A DNA stretch of 64,000 bases from an uncultured Spirochaetota bacterium. Its GTDB lineage: Bacteria; Spirochaetota; Spirochaetia; SZUA-6; Fen-1364. Both the position numbers and the translations under genes were made by a program. The stretch is taken from assembly GCA_963745235.1 (NCBI GenBank), contig CAVUXE010000053.1:32001-96000 (forward strand), written 5' to 3'. The notes beneath the pieces were generated by a model. That model was given only the letters and a program-made list of their open reading frames with translations, did no database searches and was not told the origin of the DNA. How positions within the stretch are numbered: position 1 is the first letter of the stretch; each line of letters starts with the position of its first letter. This document shows positions 60,900-64,000 of this stretch, piece after piece.

Positions 60900-61593
60900 C
60901 AATTGTTAACGGGAGAGTTAACGGAGACGGAGAAACGCCCAGGTACGCGCCGAAACCGATGGTGACTACGCCGCACGCCCCCATGATGCCAGAGGTGACC
61001 CCGGGGGGGATGCTTCGACGGCCCAGGCACAGGACGGTGGATACCGCCGTGTACCAGCCGAAATCCCCCAGCTCGTGCCCGAGGTAGAATGCCAGGAGGG
61101 CCTGCCATCTCTGCAGCGTCACGTCGAAGCGCACCAGGAAAGCGGAGCCGATGGTGATCCACCAGACCCAGAAATAGGGATTGGAAAGGGAAACAAGCGC
61201 CCCCGCAAACGCAGGCTGCGCGGGGCCGGCTGAGGGATTTGCTGGATCTGCCCGCCGCGGCCCGGTTTGCAGGTTGAGGGCGCGCCCCCGGATTGCCTCG
61301 CGGATCAGGCCAATTCCCATCCACGCCAGGAGCAGGGCTCCCGTCGCTCCGATGATCTTCGTGGCTAGTGGTGAGTGGAGAAACTCCACCACTCCGCGCA
61401 CGAGCCCGAGCAGGAGCAGGGCTTCCAGCGCGGCGTGCCCTATCACCACCCGCGGGCCGAGCAGCCAGCCGCCGCGGCCGGACTGGACTGTGCGGGCGAT
61501 GGTGTACGTGAGCATGGGACCGGGCATCAGGGCGCCGCTCAGGGACATGACAAAGGAGAGGGAGAAAACGACCCAGAGGCCGGCGAACGTCAT
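60877..61593 (-). CDS. LysE family transporter
   Basis: SGALMPGP, GHAALE, SNPYFWVWW and GHELGDF.WY; ATGA overlap with the GH3 gene; 3' end possibly extended. Confidence 0.85.
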   Translation of the reverse strand: MTFAGLWVVFSLSFVMSLSGALMPGPMLTYTIARTVQSGRGGWLLGPRVVIGHAALEALLLLGLVRGVVEFLHSPLATKIIGATGALLLAWMGIGLIREAIRGRALNLQTGPRRADPANPSAGPAQPAFAGALVSLSNPYFWVWWITIGSAFLVRFDVTLQRWQALLAFYLGHELGDFGWYTAVSTVLCLGRRSIPPGVTSGIMGACGVVTIGFGAYLGVSPSPLTLPLTIVDNSPRI

Positions 61594-62912
61594 GGAGCCT
61601 GCGCCTCCGTTGCCGCGGCCGCAATCTGCGGCGTCACTTTTGAAAGAGAATCCACGTTGAATCTGAAGGAGCCGAGATCCGCGGTCTCCCCGGGCATCAT
61701 GGAAATGACCGCATCGATGACCGACGCCGGCACGTCGATCTGCCGGGACAGGAGCGCGCGGTGGTCCGTCTTGAACTGCCGGATCCGGCCGAACGACTCT
61801 TCTATCCTGCGGGCAAGATCGTTTCCCATGGCCGTGCCCCTGCAGGCGGCGCTGAGAACCCCTGCAAATGCCCTGCTGGTCTGGGCCGCGGACCCTTCGA
61901 GGATCACGAAGTCGTGGCCAGCCAGGATTGCGCGCACAGCCCAGGCGGCGGTCGGCTCCAGGGCCGCCAGATCCACCGCTTCCGGGCTTCGCGGGGGTAT
62001 GCCGCCCAGCACGCTTCGGTCGGCGTAGTTTCTCAGCATGAGCAGGCCATCCGACATCAGGAGCCCCGCGAATCCCGTTTCCTTGCGGAGGAGCCCGACC
62101 CACGCGGGGCTGAACGTCACGATCCGGCTGTCGACCAGGGAATCGTTGAGGTGAGTCGTCATGAGGATGTTCGATTCGCGGGCAAGATCTCGAAAGACTG
62201 AAAAGCGCGCCTCCGCGGCGCTCGGGGGGACACGCGTATCCGGGGACGAATGGTGAAGATTTGCATCCGAGGGGAGAAACGGGAAATGCTTGAGCACCGG
62301 CTCGATGCCAAACCGCTGCAGCTCGTTCACGATCACGCGGGCTCGGGATTCAGTGGACGGGTCCCTCGTGCTGTCGTCTACGGTCGGCCCCAGCGCGACA
62401 TTCATCCCCAGGGCGGAGAAGACGAACGCATTCAGCTCCGCATTGGTCCGCAGCTCCCCGTCCGGCATCGCCCGGTACCTGCCAATGAAGCCCCCCACGT
62501 ACCCGTCCCCGAACGTTGCGCTCACCGAATGCCCCGCGGCGCGCGAGCGAAGCCGGACAATGTCGCAGCAGAGCAGAAGAGGGAGCGTCGTCATGGCGGA
62601 CAGCGCGCGGTTGGTCCTGCGGATCTTCTGGTAGTCCGACGAGCCGTAGTGTGGAATGACGCCCCCCACCTGGAGCTTCTCCACCAGGGGAGCGAAATCC
62701 GGCTCGAGGGCCAGAGGTTCCCCTGGATAGCCGAACCCGTCCACGTTGACGATGAAGAGCTGGCCCAGCTCCGACTCCAGGAGCCTTGCCCGCCCGATGG
62801 GAATGCCCAGCCTGCCGCGCGCGGCCAGGGAATCCACGACGGGCGAATCAGCCCTCGCGGAGGCGGGAGCGAGGAGGACGAGGATGATCATGGCCAGGGG
62901 CAAAAACCGCAT
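61590..62912 (-). CDS. Exported glycoside hydrolase family 3 N-terminal domain protein, divergent
   Basis: Signal peptide, GQLFIV, GMNVALGPTVD, KHFP, MTTH, LLRKETGF.GLLMSD and AILAGHD. Confidence 0.75.
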   Translation of the reverse strand: MRFLPLAMIILVLLAPASARADSPVVDSLAARGRLGIPIGRARLLESELGQLFIVNVDGFGYPGEPLALEPDFAPLVEKLQVGGVIPHYGSSDYQKIRRTNRALSAMTTLPLLLCCDIVRLRSRAAGHSVSATFGDGYVGGFIGRYRAMPDGELRTNAELNAFVFSALGMNVALGPTVDDSTRDPSTESRARVIVNELQRFGIEPVLKHFPFLPSDANLHHSSPDTRVPPSAAEARFSVFRDLARESNILMTTHLNDSLVDSRIVTFSPAWVGLLRKETGFAGLLMSDGLLMLRNYADRSVLGGIPPRSPEAVDLAALEPTAAWAVRAILAGHDFVILEGSAAQTSRAFAGVLSAACRGTAMGNDLARRIEESFGRIRQFKTDHRALLSRQIDVPASVIDAVISMMPGETADLGSFRFNVDSLSKVTPQIAAAATEAQAP

Positions 62913-62965
62913 TTGTGTGCGGAGGCACTCTACACCTTTGCGCGGATTTGGGACACAATCCGGAC

Positions 62966-63397
62966 ATGAGACTTCCGTGGTCGCCCAGGGCCAGCGGGCC
63001 CGGCGGATCTGACGCCACCATCCGAACGAGCCAGCCGGGATGGTTTGAGCGTCTCGCGAGGGCGTACCGGGACAGGCAGCCGGTCATGCTCGTTGACGAT
63101 GCGCAGGTTGGTATTGACCCGCAAAGCCAGTCCCTCGTGGCCATGGGGATCAAGGCCGGCCTCTCCGCCGCGGACTGGGCCGCGGTTGGGGTAGCTGTCG
63201 GGATAAGCGCGGCCGGGATGGTCATGGTGGTGCTTGCGTTCCTGGATCCCGAGCCTACCAGCAAGCTCGGTCTCCTTGTGGGCGGCGGCGCGGTGTGCAT
63301 CCTCACCGGCGGAATGACTGCCGTGGCCGTGCTGACCCGTCGCAGGCCTCCGAACATCGAAATGAGCGCCGGCGGCTTCAAGATCAGCTGGGAATAA
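62966..63397 (+). CDS. Hypothetical membrane protein with Gly/Ala-rich helical hairpin
   Basis: Two hydrophobic helices flanking DPEPTSK; CACAAT 6 nt before the ATG. Confidence 0.65.
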   Translation: MRLPWSPRASGPGGSDATIRTSQPGWFERLARAYRDRQPVMLVDDAQVGIDPQSQSLVAMGIKAGLSAADWAAVGVAVGISAAGMVMVVLAFLDPEPTSKLGLLVGGGAVCILTGGMTAVAVLTRRRPPNIEMSAGGFKISWE

Positions 63398-63442
63398 GTT
63401 ATACTTCGACACCCTATGCCATCGGGAGTCGAAGCATGTCGA

Positions 63443-64000
63443 ATGAAAGTCACCCTGACCGGGGCGACGGGTCACGTCGGCACAGCTCTTGCCACGCTCC
63501 TGTGCGAGCGCGGTTATTCCGTCCGGGCCGTCCTGCACACGCGGACCACAGGGCTCGAAGGTCTGCCTGTCCAGAAAGCGGAGGCCTCACTCGCCGACAC
63601 GGAGTCCCTGCGGCGCGCGTTTGCCGGCTCGGAGGTCGTGTTCCACGCCGCCGCGCGGATTTCCATCACGCGACGCGACATGGCCGAGGTGGCGGCAACG
63701 AACGTGACGGGCACCCGCAACGTCCTGGATGCCTGCCGCGCGGCATCCGTGCGGAGGCTCGTGCACTTCAGCTCTATCGAGGCGTTCAGTCCGAGGCCCC
63801 TGGATTCGACCCTGGATGAAGACAGGTCGCTGGAAGATGGCAGAACAGGCTCACCGTACGCTCTTTCCAAGGCGCGGGCGGAAATCGAGGTGCGAAATGC
63901 CATTGCCGAGGGCATGGATGCCGTTATCCTGAATCCCACGGCCGTCGTCGGCCCTTACGACCTGCGGCCTTCCCTCATGGGCCGGGCCATCATGGCCTTC
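63443..64000 (+). CDS. NAD-dependent epimerase/dehydratase (DFR/HpnA-like); runs off the window
   Basis: Hand translation: MKVTLTGATGHVG..VFHAAA..TNVTGTRNV..HFSSIEA..YALSK..ILNPTAVVGPYD. Confidence 0.88.
   Translation, partial: MKVTLTGATGHVGTALATLLCERGYSVRAVLHTRTTGLEGLPVQKAEASLADTESLRRAFAGSEVVFHAAARISITRRDMAEVAATNVTGTRNVLDACRAASVRRLVHFSSIEAFSPRPLDSTLDEDRSLEDGRTGSPYALSKARAEIEVRNAIAEGMDAVILNPTAVVGPYDLRPSLMGRAIMAF

Overview
High-GC bacterial window, most likely a free-living anaerobic spirochaete. This is an inference from 'LFAGG' signal peptides and a Treponema-like small beta-barrel. About 20 genes are split by single-base indels, which points to an unpolished long-read consensus. Contents in order: a metallophosphoesterase, a UDG-family glycosylase, a type III restriction Res remnant and a DUF222-HNH gene; a ~1420-aa fused activase of the PlsAR/Ger type (plasmalogen/ether lipid) facing two ferredoxin-like genes and a 3-beta-HSD-like gene; a sugar locus combining hxlA/hxlB (RuMP), an MBL hydrolase, a UroD/MtaA-family protein, rhaM, AraC, a FucI-family isomerase and a rhamnose-type ABC transporter; dispersed anaerobic purine-degradation genes (ygeY, amidohydrolase, ygfM-like, xdhD, ygeW, mocA-like, add); a hybrid kinase; pfkA abutting an archaeal-type GAPOR; an MNT-HEPN toxin-antitoxin pair; VIT/vWA proteins; an arabinose operon; lactate/OFA transporters; LysE; GH3. 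No rRNA, tRNA, CRISPR array or IS transposase was recognised. The best leads are the methyl-sugar/RuMP locus with a shared promoter motif, the pfkA-GAPOR pair, coding palindromes in the DUF222-HNH gene, pervasive leaderless promoter geometry, and several deletion scars that fuse genes. All family calls come from motif recognition, not database searches.
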